DNA of 64,000 bases from Gemmatimonadota bacterium (GCA_039588295.1 JBDHAB010000015.1:1-64000); one strand, 5' to 3'; numbered from the stretch's first letter, positions 28,397 through 39,247 are shown. Numbers and translations: made by a program. The notes: a model not told the origin generated them from the letters alone.

Positions 28397-29400
28397 GCGG
28401 TGGTCGTTCGGGGCTCGGCGATCACGAGGACGGCGGCGCCGCGCACCTCGCCGTCGCGCAGATGCTGCAACGCGACGTTCGCGTCGGACAGTGCGTACGC
28501 CTGCGTTTCGGTGCGCACGGGGACCTGAGGCGCCACCTCGAAGAACTCCTCCCCATCCCGGCGCGTCAGGTTGGCGACGGAGCGCACGACCCGCTCGCCC
28601 CACAGGATGTGGTAGGGGAATGCCGGGATCTCGCTCATGTGGATGCCGGCGCAAACCACCGTGCCTCCCGGCGCGACCGCCTGCAGTGCAGTGGGAACGA
28701 GAGGTCCGGCGGGGGCGAAGATGATCGCGGCATCGAGCGGTTCGGGCGGGCTGGCGGTCGACGATCCGGCCCACTCCGCTCCCAGCGCGCTCGCAAAGTC
28801 CTGACCCTCAGTGTCTCCCGGCTTCGTGAAGGCGAATACGCGGCGGCCTTGGTGTCGCGCTACCTGGGCAACGATGTGTGCTGCTGCGCCGAATCCGTAC
28901 AGGCCCAGCCGTTCGGCATCACCCGCGGTGCGCAGTGAGCGATACCCGATGAGGCCCGCGCAGAGGAGTGGTGCGGCCTGGCGATCGGTGAAGCTGTCGG
29001 GGATGGGGAAACAGAACCGGGCATCCGCCACGGTGTACTCGGCATACCCGCCGTCGATGTCGTAGCCCGTGAACCGAGCCCGGTGGCAGAGATTCTCGCG
29101 GCCCGTCGCACAATAGTGACAGGTCCCGCACGTCCATCCGAGCCACGGCACGCCGACGCGATCACCGTGGGCAAACCGGTCGACACCTTCACCAATCTTC
29201 TCGACAACACCGACGATTTCATGACCCAAGACCAGCGGCAGCTTCGGGTTCGGAAGGTCCCCCTCGATTACATGAAGGTCCGTGCGACACACGGCGCAGG
29301 CTCCCACCTTGAGCAGGACCTGTCCGGCCCCGGGTGCAGGCTGCCCCAGGAGCCTCTCCTCGAGCGGTGTCCCCACTCGCTCGAACACCATGGCTCGCAT
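28393..29400 (-). CDS. Zinc-dependent alcohol dehydrogenase (MDR family)
   Basis: CAVCRTD, GHEIVG, structural Zn site CGTCHYC...C, APLLCAG, GFGAAA; start ATG 29400. Confidence 0.94.
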   Translation of the reverse strand: MRAMVFERVGTPLEERLLGQPAPGAGQVLLKVGACAVCRTDLHVIEGDLPNPKLPLVLGHEIVGVVEKIGEGVDRFAHGDRVGVPWLGWTCGTCHYCATGRENLCHRARFTGYDIDGGYAEYTVADARFCFPIPDSFTDRQAAPLLCAGLIGYRSLRTAGDAERLGLYGFGAAAHIVAQVARHQGRRVFAFTKPGDTEGQDFASALGAEWAGSSTASPPEPLDAAIIFAPAGPLVPTALQAVAPGGTVVCAGIHMSEIPAFPYHILWGERVVRSVANLTRRDGEEFFEVAPQVPVRTETQAYALSDANVALQHLRDGEVRGAAVLVIAEPRTTTA

Positions 29401-29401
29401 C

Positions 29402-29800
29402 TCACCACCCTCGCTTAAAACGTTCGATCTCGCGGCGCTTTTTCTTTGTCGGTCGACCCTTGCCCTCGTACGCCGCCTGTGGTTGTTGCTTGAGTTGTGT
29501 CTTGAGCTTCTCGCGAGCCGAGAGACTTTCCGGCGTCTCGTGGTAGAGGGTCTGCGCAATCTTGGCTGGGCCGCGGTGCTCGGATAATCCGAGAATCTCG
29601 ACGATGAAGTCGTACGGTGGCCGGCGTATTCGCAGCGTGTCGCCAACCTGCACGTGGGTCGATCGTTTCACACGGGCGCCATTCACTTGGATCTTCCCAC
29701 CGTCGATCGCGGTCGCGGCAAGCGACCGTGTCTTGTAGAACCGGGCGGCCCACAGCCACCGGTCGAGGCGCACCTTGTCATCGTTGGGACGCGCGTTCAT
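29402..29800 (-). CDS. hslR: Ribosome-associated heat shock protein Hsp15 (S4 domain)
   Basis: VRLDRWLWAARFYKTRSLA...GRPTKKKRR. Confidence 0.95.
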   Translation of the reverse strand: MNARPNDDKVRLDRWLWAARFYKTRSLAATAIDGGKIQVNGARVKRSTHVQVGDTLRIRRPPYDFIVEILGLSEHRGPAKIAQTLYHETPESLSAREKLKTQLKQQPQAAYEGKGRPTKKKRREIERFKRGW

Positions 29801-29911
29801 TCTACGGTGCCTCTGGGGGTGGCGGCGGTGTGTGGCCTACCGTGAGAGCGTATTCCGTCATCGGAAAGATATGAGTGTCAACGTACTTCAGCACGCAATG
29901 AGGAGGCTGTG

Positions 29912-31477
29912 ATGCCGCGACGGTGGATCATGTGGGGTATCGGTCTGGTGCTGCTACTTGCGGGCCGGGGACTCAGCGCTCAGACGTTTCCTACTGAGGA
30001 TCAGGTCATCAAGCAGATGTGGCAAGAGGGCATGGAGAACTCCCATGCCTATCGGTTGGCGCAGGCGCTGTTGGACTCGCTCGGGCCGCGCCTCTCGGGC
30101 TCGCCGGGCCATCGCGCGGCAAACGAATGGGCGGTGGCGAAGCTGCGGAGTTGGGGAATCGACGCGCGCAACGAGCAGTACGGGACCTGGCGTAACTGGC
30201 GTCGCGGGATCAACCACGTCGACCTGGTGGAACCGCGGGTACGGTCCCTCGAGGCAACCATGTTGGCCTGGAGCCCCGGCACGGACGGCAAGGTGAGAGG
30301 CGGGCTTACCATTCTGCCGGATGTTGAGAGCGAGGAAGCGTTCGAACAGTGGCTGCCACAGGTCCGTGGGAAGTTCGTGCTCACCTCGTATGCCGAGCCA
30401 ACCTGCCGTCCGGACGCCAACTGGGAGGAGTTCGCGACCACGGCGTCCTTCGAGCGACTCAAAGCGGAACGCGCGGAGGCGCGCCGAGCGTGGCGCACGC
30501 GGATTGAGAACACCGGGAATCCCCGCGAGCTGGCTCAGCGTCTCGAGGCCGCCGGGGCGATTGGGATCCTCGGTTCCAACTGGTCCAGTGGTTGGGGGGT
30601 GACACGGATCTTCTCCGCCAGCACCAAACTGGCACCGACGTTTGCTCTCAGTTGCGAGGACTATGGCCTCGTGTACCGGCTCGCTGAGAACAATCAGGGA
30701 CCGGTCATCGAGGTGGAAGCGGACGCCGAGTTCATGGGCGAGCAACCGATCTTCAACACGATCGGTGAGATCCGCGGCGGTGAGAAGTCGGACGAGTACG
30801 TCGTTCTGTCAGCGCACTACGATTCGTGGGACGGGGCGTCGGGTGCCACGGACAACGGCACCGGTAGCATCACGATGCTCGAGGCCATGCGGATCCTCAA
30901 GGCCAGCTACCCAAACCCCACGCGCACGATCATCATGGGTCTTTGGGGAGGAGAGGAGCAGGGGCTGATCGGCTCGCGCGCGTTCGTGGAGGATCATCCT
31001 GAGGTGATCGAGGGTCTCCAGGCGGCCTTCAATCAGGACAACGGGACGGGACGCGTCGTGAACATCGCGATGCAGGGGTTCGTGGGGGCCGGAGCCCACT
31101 TTGGGCGGTGGTTGTCATACATCCCACGTGAGATTACTCAGCACATCGACCTCAACATTCCTGGTCGGCCCGGTGGCGGCGGGAGTGACTACGCCTCGTT
31201 TGTGTGTGGGGACGCGCCGGCGTTCAACCTGTCGGCCCTGAACTGGGATTACTTCCGGTACACCTGGCACACCAACCGTGACACGTTCGACAAGGTCGTG
31301 ATGGACGACTTGAAGAACAACGCCACGCTCACCGCGATGCTTGTTTACCTGGCATCCGAAGATCCGGAACGCATTCCTAGAGATCACATTGTGCTGCCGG
31401 TGAGCCAGCGCACAGGCGAACAGATGACGTGGCCGGAATGCCGGCCGGCGCGGAGAAGTTCGGAAGCAGGCCAGTAA
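29912..31477 (+). CDS. Secreted M28 family metallopeptidase (carboxypeptidase Q-like)
   Basis: Signal peptide; GPRLSGS, SAHYDSWD, GATDNGTG, GEEQGL, NQD, WHT. Confidence 0.92.
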   Translation: MPRRWIMWGIGLVLLLAGRGLSAQTFPTEDQVIKQMWQEGMENSHAYRLAQALLDSLGPRLSGSPGHRAANEWAVAKLRSWGIDARNEQYGTWRNWRRGINHVDLVEPRVRSLEATMLAWSPGTDGKVRGGLTILPDVESEEAFEQWLPQVRGKFVLTSYAEPTCRPDANWEEFATTASFERLKAERAEARRAWRTRIENTGNPRELAQRLEAAGAIGILGSNWSSGWGVTRIFSASTKLAPTFALSCEDYGLVYRLAENNQGPVIEVEADAEFMGEQPIFNTIGEIRGGEKSDEYVVLSAHYDSWDGASGATDNGTGSITMLEAMRILKASYPNPTRTIIMGLWGGEEQGLIGSRAFVEDHPEVIEGLQAAFNQDNGTGRVVNIAMQGFVGAGAHFGRWLSYIPREITQHIDLNIPGRPGGGGSDYASFVCGDAPAFNLSALNWDYFRYTWHTNRDTFDKVVMDDLKNNATLTAMLVYLASEDPERIPRDHIVLPVSQRTGEQMTWPECRPARRSSEAGQ

Positions 31478-31479
31478 TA

Positions 31480-31549
31480 GGAAGGGGGAAGGGAGAAACG
31501 AGAGGGAGCAGGGGGAGTAACCCCTTCTCCCTCTCGCTCTTCCCTTCCC
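31480..31549. repeat. Purine-tract/pyrimidine-tract long inverted repeat between convergent genes (probable bidirectional terminator)
   Basis: GGGAAGGGAG..CGAGAGGGAG.AGGGG / CCCCTTCTCCCTCTCG.CTCTTCCCTTCCC. Confidence 0.6.
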
Positions 31550-31550
31550 A

Positions 31551-32285
31551 TCAGTCGACTCTGCCCAGCAGCGTGTCGTGATGCAGCAGGATCAACGTCC
31601 GGAGGTAGGTCCCGATGCGGTCCCTGCCTTCGAATCCCGCTGCTAGAGCGGCCGCCTGCCTGCGATCGGCCGGTATTTCCTCACTCTCGGCGTAGTGACT
31701 GAGCCCGCGATACACGCCAAGCGTGAACTGATCCCACGCAGCGCCAACCACTTTTGTGAATATCAGGTTCTCGGGACGATCCAGAGCCGCAGCGTAGGCG
31801 TTTTCCATCTCACGCTCGCGATACAGCGCGTCGCGCTTACCCGGCAAGGCGATGAACATCTCGACGTGAAAGAATGCGCCCGCTTCGATTGCCGGGCGTA
31901 CGGCGTCGAGCCGAGGGCCTTTGACAAAGAGCTCCTCGCGCCACGCCACGTGTTCCGCGACTCGGCGCTCGAACTCGTGCTCCGGAACGCCCGAGCGTTC
32001 CGCGGCGCGCCGCCGCGCCACCAGACGTTCGGGCGAATAGTGCGTCGCAAAGCTCTCGATCGGGTAGAGGAGCATGAGGTCCCATTGATCGCCCTGTCGA
32101 TGTCGCATGATGAACGGCCGTTCCTCAACCGCGGCGTCCAGTACATCCATGCGACCCTGATATAGCGCGATCACCTGGAGCAACGCGCCTGGCGCGGCGC
32201 GGATGAACACGGCCTTGTACACGTAGGAGGAATCGGCTTGCGGGGGCACGGAGACGAGGGCCAGCGCCAAAAGCAAGAGCGGCAT
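31551..32285 (-). CDS. Secreted hypothetical protein (two repeated alpha/beta units, possibly NIPSNAP-like)
   Basis: ATG 32285 with GGAG SD; signal MPLLLLALALVSVP; the pattern RAAPG...WD recurs as IALPG...WD. Confidence 0.7.
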   Translation of the reverse strand: MPLLLLALALVSVPPQADSSYVYKAVFIRAAPGALLQVIALYQGRMDVLDAAVEERPFIMRHRQGDQWDLMLLYPIESFATHYSPERLVARRRAAERSGVPEHEFERRVAEHVAWREELFVKGPRLDAVRPAIEAGAFFHVEMFIALPGKRDALYREREMENAYAAALDRPENLIFTKVVGAAWDQFTLGVYRGLSHYAESEEIPADRRQAAALAAGFEGRDRIGTYLRTLILLHHDTLLGRVD

Positions 32286-32378
32286 CGCAGTTCTCCCCGA
32301 GATAAGAGTCCGGAGACAAGGTCGTGCGGCGCCGGGTACGCCGCAACTTCCGAAAGTCGGCGGTATCTTTGACCTGCC

Positions 32379-33242
32379 ATGGACGTGCTGCTCGTTACCT
32401 GTGCCGCCATGCCGGGGCTTCACGACGACGACCGCTACCTGCTGAACGCGTTGCGCGAGCGGGGGGTTCGGGCAGAACCCGCTGTGTGGGAAGATCCCTA
32501 CCGTGAATGGTCCACCGCACGCATGTGCGTCGTTCGGTCGGCGTGGGACTACTCGTACCGTCGCGACCAGTTTGTGGCGTGGGCTGAGTCGGTCCAGCGT
32601 GTCACCCAGCTGTGGAACTCGGCCTCGGTCGTCCGGTGGAACACGCACAAGCACTACTTGTGCGATCTCGCGGATGCGGGTGTCCCGGTTGTTCCGACGG
32701 TGGTCTTGCGCGCGCGCTCCGAGGTGGTGCTCGAGACGGAGCTCTCGGAGCGGGGCTGGACCGACGCCGTGCTCAAAGCAGCCGTCGCGCAGACGGGACG
32801 CTATGCGATGCGCATCTCGGCCGGTCATGTTGCGGCCGGACAGGAGCACCTCGATCGCATACTCCCTCACGAGGACATGCTGCTGCAACCGCTCCTACCG
32901 TCGGTTGGGAGGCGTGGTGAGATCTCGATCGTGTTCGTCGCTGGCGAGTTCACGCATGCCGTACGCAAGCTCGGCACGGCTGACCAATTCATGGTCCACC
33001 ACGACTACGGTGGGACCGTCACGCCGGGCCGTCCGTCCCGGACCGAGCTTGAGCTTGCCCACCGCGCGATCGAGCACGTGCGCGAGCCGCTGCTGTATGC
33101 CCGCGTCGACGTGGTCGCGGATGAGCGTGGACGTCCGGTCATCATGGAGTTCGAGCTGGTGGAGCCGGAGCTGTTCTTCCGCTATTCCGAGGCGGCAGTG
33201 ACCCGTCTGGTAGCCGCGATCGAGCGCAAGCTGAAATCATAA
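32379..33242 (+). CDS. RimK / glutathione-synthetase-like ATP-grasp protein
   Basis: RSAWDY, WNTHKHYL, GEISIVF, YARVD, MEFELVEPELF. Confidence 0.85.
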   Translation: MDVLLVTCAAMPGLHDDDRYLLNALRERGVRAEPAVWEDPYREWSTARMCVVRSAWDYSYRRDQFVAWAESVQRVTQLWNSASVVRWNTHKHYLCDLADAGVPVVPTVVLRARSEVVLETELSERGWTDAVLKAAVAQTGRYAMRISAGHVAAGQEHLDRILPHEDMLLQPLLPSVGRRGEISIVFVAGEFTHAVRKLGTADQFMVHHDYGGTVTPGRPSRTELELAHRAIEHVREPLLYARVDVVADERGRPVIMEFELVEPELFFRYSEAAVTRLVAAIERKLKS

Positions 33243-33324
33243 AGGCAGACTGCAGCCGCGCACCTGCTGGTCACCCCCTGCCGCATTCTCAACGCGGCGT
33301 TCACAATTACTTAACCTGCGCAAC

Positions 33325-33354
33325 TTGTGCGCCCCGTGTCCGAGTGCGTATCAT
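33325..33354 (+). promoter_or_regulatory. Possible sigma70 promoter of sdhCAB
   Basis: TTGTGC-N18-TATCAT in an AT-richer intergenic stretch. Confidence 0.3.
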
Positions 33355-33407
33355 CTATCGAGCTTCGGCCTCTTAGGCCCGCCACTTGGGATTGATGGGG
33401 AGTGACG

Positions 33408-34088
33408 ATGCGACGGGTACTGAGCCTCTACCGCTCGTCTGTTGGCAAGAAGATCCTCATGGCCGTCACGGGCGTCTTCTTCGTCTTCTTTGTCCTCGCG
33501 CACATGTACGGGAACCTGCACGCGTTCCAGGGGCCCGAGAAGTTCAACCACTACGCTGAGTTTCTGCGGGAAGTCGGTGATCCCATCTTCGCGCACGGAC
33601 AACTGCTCTGGATCTTCCGGATCCTGCTGTTGCTCGCGGTGGGCATCCATGTGCTGGCTGCGTTCCAGCTCTGGTGGATGAGCAACGACGCGCGGCCGGT
33701 GAAGTACGCGCGAGGCCTCACGCCCGAGGAGTCCACCTACGCATCGCGCACGATGCGTTGGGGTGGCGTGCTCATCTTTCTCTTCGTGGTCTATCACCTG
33801 CTCCATTTCACCATCGGCTCAGTGCACCCGAATTTCGTACCCGGTGCCGCGTACGAAAACCTGATCATTGGGTTCCAGTCGTGGGTGGTGGTCGCGTTTT
33901 ACATCATCGTGATCGGCGCATTGTCCTTGCATCTGTATCATGGGGTCTGGAGCGGCCTCCAGACATTGGGTGTCAATCATCCGCGGTACAACAAGGTTCG
34001 ACGCCCGATCGCACTACTCGTGGCTGGTGGGATCTTTCTCGGATTCATTTCGGTCCCGGTTGCCGTCGTGACCGGGATCGTCTCATAG
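33408..34088 (+). CDS. sdhC: Succinate dehydrogenase/fumarate reductase cytochrome b subunit
   Basis: [33 protein letters not shown]; five TM helices; precedes the flavoprotein gene. Confidence 0.92.
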   Translation: MRRVLSLYRSSVGKKILMAVTGVFFVFFVLAHMYGNLHAFQGPEKFNHYAEFLREVGDPIFAHGQLLWIFRILLLLAVGIHVLAAFQLWWMSNDARPVKYARGLTPEESTYASRTMRWGGVLIFLFVVYHLLHFTIGSVHPNFVPGAAYENLIIGFQSWVVVAFYIIVIGALSLHLYHGVWSGLQTLGVNHPRYNKVRRPIALLVAGGIFLGFISVPVAVVTGIVS

Positions 34089-34105
34089 GTGTGGAGGGGC
34101 TGCCC

Positions 34106-36019
34106 ATGGAGCTCGACTCGAAAGTTCCTTCCGGGCCGATCCAGGAGAAGTGGAGCAAACACAAGTTCGACTCGAAGCTGGTCAACCCGGCCAACAAGCG
34201 GAAATATGAGGTCATCGTCGTCGGCTCGGGCTTGGCCGGCGCGTCCGCGGCTGCTTCGCTCGCCGAGTTGGGTTACAACGTCAAGTGCTTCTGCTATCAG
34301 GATAGCGCGCGCCGCGCCCACAGCATCGCCGCGCAGGGTGGCATCAACGCCGCGAAGAACTATCAGAACGACGGTGACTCGGTTTGGCGCCTGTTCTACG
34401 ACACGGTGAAGGGCGGCGACTACCGTTCGCGCGAGGCCAACGTATATCGGCTCGCGGAGCTGTCCGGTAACATCATCGACCAGTGTGTAGCGCAGGGCGT
34501 GCCGTTTGCGCGTGAGTACGGCGGGTTGTTGGACAACCGCTCGTTCGGTGGTGCGCAGGTTTCGCGGACCTTCTATGCGCGAGGCCAGACCGGTCAGCAA
34601 TTGCTCCTCGGCGCCTATCAAGTGCTCATCAAGCAGGTCGGCATCGGCACGGTCAAGATGTTCCCGCGCAGCGAGATGCTGGATGTAGTCCTCGTCGATG
34701 GGCAAGCACGTGGGATCGTGGTCCGCGACATGGTCACGGGGAAGATCTCGTCGCACGCCGCACATGCGGTCGTGGTAGCGACCGGCGGTTACTCCAACGT
34801 GTATTTCTTCTCGACGAACGCAAAGGGCTGCAACACCACCGCGATCTGGCGGGCACACCGGCGCGGCGCACTGTTTGCCAATCCGTGCTTTACGCAAATT
34901 CACCCCACGTGCATCCCGCGCGCGGGCGAGTTCCAATCGAAACTCACCCTGATGAGTGAGTCGCTCCGTAACGACGGGCGGATCTGGGTGCCGCAGAAGC
35001 AGGGTGAGACCCGTCGCGCCAAGGACATTCCCGAGACCGAGCGCGACTACTACCTCGAGCGGCTGTACCCCAGCTTCGGCAATCTCACCCCGCGCGACAT
35101 CGCCTCGCGGCGGGCCAAGGAGGCGGTCGACGATGGCCGCGGGGTCGGCGAGCTGCGAAACGGGGTCTATTTGGACTTCCGGGACTCGATTCAGCGTGTG
35201 GGCCAGCCGGTCATCGAGGAGCGGTACGGCAACCTGTTCGAAATGTACGAGCGCATCACGGGTGAGAACCCGTATGAGGTCCCAATGCGAATCTACCCGG
35301 CACCGCACTACACGATGGGCGGGCTATGGGTCGATTACAATCTCGAAAGCACGATCCCAGGACTGTTTGTCATCGGTGAGGCGAACTTCTCCGATCACGG
35401 TGCGAACCGCCTCGGAGCGAGCGCGCTGATGCAGGGGTTGGCGGACGGATACTTCGTGCTGCCATACACCCTCAGCGACTATCTGGCGCGGGTCGGGCCG
35501 GCAAAGACCGATCCCGGCCACGCGGCATTTGGTGAAGTCGAGCGTGAGGTCTCCCATCGCATGAGCAGGCTGATCGGGATCAACGGCAACCGCACAGTCG
35601 ACAGCTTCCACCGCGAGCTCGGGCAGATCATGTGGGATCGCTGTGGGATGGCTCGCAATCGCGAGGGATTGCAGCAGGCGCTCACTCACATCCCCGAGCT
35701 GCGCGAGCAGTTCTGGAAGGACGTTCGGGTCACCGGACGTGGCGAGGACTTCAATCAGTCACTGGAGAAAGCGGGTCGCCTTGCGGACTTCCTGGAACTG
35801 GGTGAGCTGATGTGCCACGACGCGCTCCAGCGGGAGGAGTCGTGCGGTGGACATTTCCGCGAGGAGTCGCGGACCCCCGAAGGTGAGGCCAAGCGCAACG
35901 ACGACGACTTCGCCTACGTCTCCGCCTGGGAGTTCACCGGCGTGGGTTCGGCCCCGAGACTTCACAAGGAACCATTGGAATTCGAAAACGTCCCCTTGTC
36001 GCAGCGGAGTTACAAGTAA
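34106..36019 (+). CDS. sdhA: Succinate dehydrogenase/fumarate reductase flavoprotein subunit
   Basis: [60 protein letters not shown] before ATG 34106. Confidence 0.96.
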   Translation: MELDSKVPSGPIQEKWSKHKFDSKLVNPANKRKYEVIVVGSGLAGASAAASLAELGYNVKCFCYQDSARRAHSIAAQGGINAAKNYQNDGDSVWRLFYDTVKGGDYRSREANVYRLAELSGNIIDQCVAQGVPFAREYGGLLDNRSFGGAQVSRTFYARGQTGQQLLLGAYQVLIKQVGIGTVKMFPRSEMLDVVLVDGQARGIVVRDMVTGKISSHAAHAVVVATGGYSNVYFFSTNAKGCNTTAIWRAHRRGALFANPCFTQIHPTCIPRAGEFQSKLTLMSESLRNDGRIWVPQKQGETRRAKDIPETERDYYLERLYPSFGNLTPRDIASRRAKEAVDDGRGVGELRNGVYLDFRDSIQRVGQPVIEERYGNLFEMYERITGENPYEVPMRIYPAPHYTMGGLWVDYNLESTIPGLFVIGEANFSDHGANRLGASALMQGLADGYFVLPYTLSDYLARVGPAKTDPGHAAFGEVEREVSHRMSRLIGINGNRTVDSFHRELGQIMWDRCGMARNREGLQQALTHIPELREQFWKDVRVTGRGEDFNQSLEKAGRLADFLELGELMCHDALQREESCGGHFREESRTPEGEAKRNDDDFAYVSAWEFTGVGSAPRLHKEPLEFENVPLSQRSYK

Positions 36020-36765
36020 TGGATCTCGTTTTGCACATCTGGTGTCAGGCCAGTGCGACGGCAAAGGGCAGCTTCGTCCGCTATGAAGCAAAGGATATCA
36101 ACGAGCACGCGTCGTTCCTCGAGATGCTCGACATCGTGAACGAGCGCCTGATGGAAGGTGGTGAGGAGCCGATTGCGTTCGAGCATGACTGCCGCGAAGG
36201 CATCTGTGGGAGCTGCGGTGTCGTGATCGGTGGCACTCCGCATGGGCCTCAGCACGGTGCGGCAACGTGTCAGCTGCACATGCGCCACTACAAACAGGGT
36301 GACGAGATCTGGATCGAGCCCTGGCGGGCCAAGGCCTTCCCCGTCATCAAGGATCTCGTGGTCGACCGTGGTGCGCTCGATCGTATCATGCAAGTCGGCG
36401 GTTACATCTCGGCCCGCACCGGGAGCCCGCCGGACGCCAACGCCATACCGATCAAGAAGGTTCACGCTGACCTCGCGATGGACGCAGCGGCCTGCATTGG
36501 ATGTGGCGCGTGCGTCGCCGCCTGCCCCAACGCCTCGGCCATGCTGTTCGTGTCCGCCAAGGTCTCCCACCTCGGTCTGCTGCCGCAGGGCCAACCGGAG
36601 CGGCGCGAGCGGGTGCTCAACATGGTGGCCCAGATGGACGCTGAGGGGTTCGGCGGCTGTACCAACCACGCCGAATGCCAGGCCGCCTGCCCCAAAGAAA
36701 TCAGCATCGACTTCATTGCTCGGCTGAACCGGGACCTCTTCGGGGCAACGCTGGCAGCGGGATAG
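36019..36765 (+). CDS. sdhB: Succinate dehydrogenase/fumarate reductase Fe-S subunit
   Basis: [38 protein letters not shown] coupling with sdhA. Confidence 0.96.
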   Translation: MDLVLHIWCQASATAKGSFVRYEAKDINEHASFLEMLDIVNERLMEGGEEPIAFEHDCREGICGSCGVVIGGTPHGPQHGAATCQLHMRHYKQGDEIWIEPWRAKAFPVIKDLVVDRGALDRIMQVGGYISARTGSPPDANAIPIKKVHADLAMDAAACIGCGACVAACPNASAMLFVSAKVSHLGLLPQGQPERRERVLNMVAQMDAEGFGGCTNHAECQAACPKEISIDFIARLNRDLFGATLAAG

Positions 36766-36825
36766 CGAGAAAGGACGAGGGAGAGGAGATAAGGCTGCGG
36801 CCGCTGTCCTCCCCCTTCCCCTTCC

Positions 36826-36884
36826 CCGTTATCCCTTATCCCTTGTCCCTTATCCCTTATCCCTTGTCCCTTGTCCCTTATCCC
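36826..36884. repeat. Heptamer tandem repeat (CCCTTRT)n
   Basis: Seven consecutive CCCTT(A/G)T units at 36833-36881, preceded by one degenerate CCGTTAT. Confidence 0.95.
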
Positions 36885-37003
36885 CAACTCCATTTGAACA
36901 TTCTCCCCATTCCCCGTATCTAATTTTCCGAACCACTGATCGGCCTCGGAGTGGAGCGCGGGTTCTGCAGAACGACCTGGAGCTGACGACCGCAGAGCGG
37001 GAT

Positions 37004-37510
37004 GTGATCGACGTGGAGCTCGCTGTGAGCGGTGACTCCCAGGCCTTCGAGCGCCTGTACCGGCGCCACGTGGGACGGATGCTCAGCCTGTCGTGCTGGC
37101 TGATCGGCCACGACGACGTGGATGACGTGCTTCAGGAGATCTTCATCCGCGTGTGGGAGAAGCTGCACACGTTTCGCGGGCAGTCGGCGTTCAAGACCTG
37201 GCTGCATCGGTTGGGGACCAACGTCATTCTGCGGCGCCGGCAGGAGCGGCGCACGCACGCGGAGCGGCACGTGGGGGGATCCGTCGAGACGACGGGCGTG
37301 AGGGCGGAGCGAATGACGCCAGGACTCCGAGTCGATTTGGAAACGGCGGTTGACGGACTGCCAACGAAGGCGCGTGAGGTGTTCGTGCTGCACGACATGG
37401 CCGGGTATAAGCACGAAGAGATCGCGAAGATGCTCGAGATTTCTGCGGGTACCTCCAGGTCGCAGCTCCATCACGCGCGCATGGCCTTGCGGCGCTACTT
37501 CGAGGCCTGA
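37004..37510 (+). CDS. ECF RNA polymerase sigma factor
   Basis: AFERLYRRH, DVLQEIFIRVW, FKTWLHR, region 4 GYKHEEIA...GTSRSQLHHAR. The start may lie slightly upstream. Confidence 0.92.
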   Translation: MIDVELAVSGDSQAFERLYRRHVGRMLSLSCWLIGHDDVDDVLQEIFIRVWEKLHTFRGQSAFKTWLHRLGTNVILRRRQERRTHAERHVGGSVETTGVRAERMTPGLRVDLETAVDGLPTKAREVFVLHDMAGYKHEEIAKMLEISAGTSRSQLHHARMALRRYFEA

Positions 37511-37520
37511 GGAGCGAACG

Positions 37521-38213
37521 ATGCGGGACGTCTGGATGGGTCAATTGTCAGCGTATCTCGATGGCGAGCTGGGCGGCGCAGCACGGCGACAGCTTGAGGG
37601 TCATTTGGAGACCTGCCAGGACTGTCGGACCGCGTTGGCAGGGCTCGAGAAAGTGCGGGCATGGGCCGAAGACTACGAGGGGCGGCCGCCCGAACACGAC
37701 GGCTGGCCACAGGTCGAGGCGGCGATCCGTGACCGGGCGCGTGGCAAGGTGCTGCAATTCGAGCGGCCCTCGTCACCAGGGCGGCGTGTGCGCTTCGGTG
37801 TGCCGCTTGCCATTGCCGCCTCCATCGCGCTACTCGCGGTGGCGGGGGGCAGTTGGTGGCTCGCTCGGGCCACCGCACCGACACGCAGCGTGACGATTCG
37901 ACCCATGGTATCGGGCGTGGCGGTTGCGGCCGGCGCGACCTCGCAGACCGCACTGCTTGCCGCGGAGCGATATGGTGCGGCCATTGCGCAGCTCGAACAC
38001 GCACTGCTCGAGGGCGAGGACCGTCTCGATGCGGAGACGGTGCGGATCGTGCGCGAGAAGATGGTGATTGTCGATCGCGCCATCGCCGATGCGCGGAACG
38101 CCCTCGTGAGAGATCCCGGTAGCAGCTATGTCGCCGAGCACTTCGCCGGGATGTTGCGCCGCAAACTCATGTTGTTGCGGAATGCCGCGACAGCGGCGCC
38201 TTTCAGAAGCTGA
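37521..38213 (+). CDS. Zinc-binding (zf-HC2) anti-sigma factor
   Basis: LSAYLDGEL...HLETCQDC; single TM; GAGGAG SD before ATG 37521. Confidence 0.88.
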   Translation: MRDVWMGQLSAYLDGELGGAARRQLEGHLETCQDCRTALAGLEKVRAWAEDYEGRPPEHDGWPQVEAAIRDRARGKVLQFERPSSPGRRVRFGVPLAIAASIALLAVAGGSWWLARATAPTRSVTIRPMVSGVAVAAGATSQTALLAAERYGAAIAQLEHALLEGEDRLDAETVRIVREKMVIVDRAIADARNALVRDPGSSYVAEHFAGMLRRKLMLLRNAATAAPFRS

Positions 38214-38228
38214 GAAAGAGAGAGAACC

Positions 38229-39146
38229 ATGCTGTTGCATATTGCAGCCGGTGCGCTCGTAGCGCTCGCATCGTTTCAGGACACGGATACGACGTTCAGC
38301 GTGAATCCGAGGATGCGGCTTGACGTGAGCAACTACGCCGGCGAGATCGTGGTTCACACATGGGCGCGAAACGAGGTGCGGATTCAGGCGGACCATTCCA
38401 GCCGTGACGAGATCCGGATCGACCGGACCTCGTCTGAGATCCTCGTGCGTACGGCATCCTGGGCCCGTCTGGCCGAGGACTTCGAGATCGAGGTCGGCGA
38501 GGATCGGGTCGGGATCTCGTTCGGTGGCCTGCGCTCTCCGTCGGTGGTCGATTACGAGATCACGGTGCCCGAGACGATGGCGCTGGAGCTTGGGGGACCG
38601 TATACCGACGTCATTGTGGACGGAGTCCGTGGGGAGGTCACGATCAAGGTGGCCGAGGGCGACGTTCAGTTGGTCGGCGGACGTGGCCGTGTTGCGGTGA
38701 GTGTGGTCGAGGGTGACATCGTCGTGGAAGAAGCCCAGGGCGACCTCAAGCTGTTTGCGCTCGACGGCGAGATCACCGTGGATCGCGCGTCGGGGCGCAT
38801 CGTGGCCGAAACGACCGACGGGGAGATCCGGTTGGATGCAGTCGACGCCGAGAACGTCGAGGCGATTTCGGTAGAGGGCGACATCTGGTTCGCAGGGCCG
38901 GTGCGTTCCGGCGGCCTGTACACCCTCACCACCCATGACGGCGACGTCACAGTGCTGATCCCGCCGAGCGCGAGTGCACGTGTCACGGTGGCGACGTGGG
39001 ATGGTGAGTTCTCGACCGAGTTTCCGGCCACGATTCCCGATCGGATTTCCGGCCGTCGGATCACGTTCACGCTGGGTTCGGGGGATGCGCGGATCGAGAT
39101 CGAGTCGTTTGACGGCGACATCGAGCTGGAGGTCTGGGAGCCGTAG
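38229..39146 (+). CDS. DUF4097-like beta-strand repeat protein, secreted
   Basis: Signal peptide; repeated xxxGDI/GEI beta units; typical third gene of ECF operons. Confidence 0.82.
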   Translation: MLLHIAAGALVALASFQDTDTTFSVNPRMRLDVSNYAGEIVVHTWARNEVRIQADHSSRDEIRIDRTSSEILVRTASWARLAEDFEIEVGEDRVGISFGGLRSPSVVDYEITVPETMALELGGPYTDVIVDGVRGEVTIKVAEGDVQLVGGRGRVAVSVVEGDIVVEEAQGDLKLFALDGEITVDRASGRIVAETTDGEIRLDAVDAENVEAISVEGDIWFAGPVRSGGLYTLTTHDGDVTVLIPPSASARVTVATWDGEFSTEFPATIPDRISGRRITFTLGSGDARIEIESFDGDIELEVWEP

Positions 39147-39182
39147 AGTTGCTCGCAGCCAACGGTATCTCGCGTTCGAATT

Positions 39183-39217
39183 GCACGGGCCCCACCTTGG
39201 GTGGGGCCCGTTGCTTT
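39183..39217 (+). terminator. Hairpin / probable terminator of the ECF operon
   Basis: ACGGGCCCCACC-TTG-GGTGGGGCCCGT followed by TGCTTT. Confidence 0.65.
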
Positions 39218-39247
39218 GCCAGAAAAAGATGAAACTTAAGCCTCGCC

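Noticed and set aside
33300..33306. TTCACAA, a Rex-like half site upstream of sdhC
   Set aside because: Only one half of the palindrome is present.
36826..36884. Possible CRISPR array
   Set aside because: The units are 7 bp and contiguous with no spacers, and there are no cas genes in the window.
36462..36893. ORFs with IRDKGQG or PYPLSL repeats
   Set aside because: These are translations of the heptamer DNA repeat overlapping sdhB; there is no evidence of coding.
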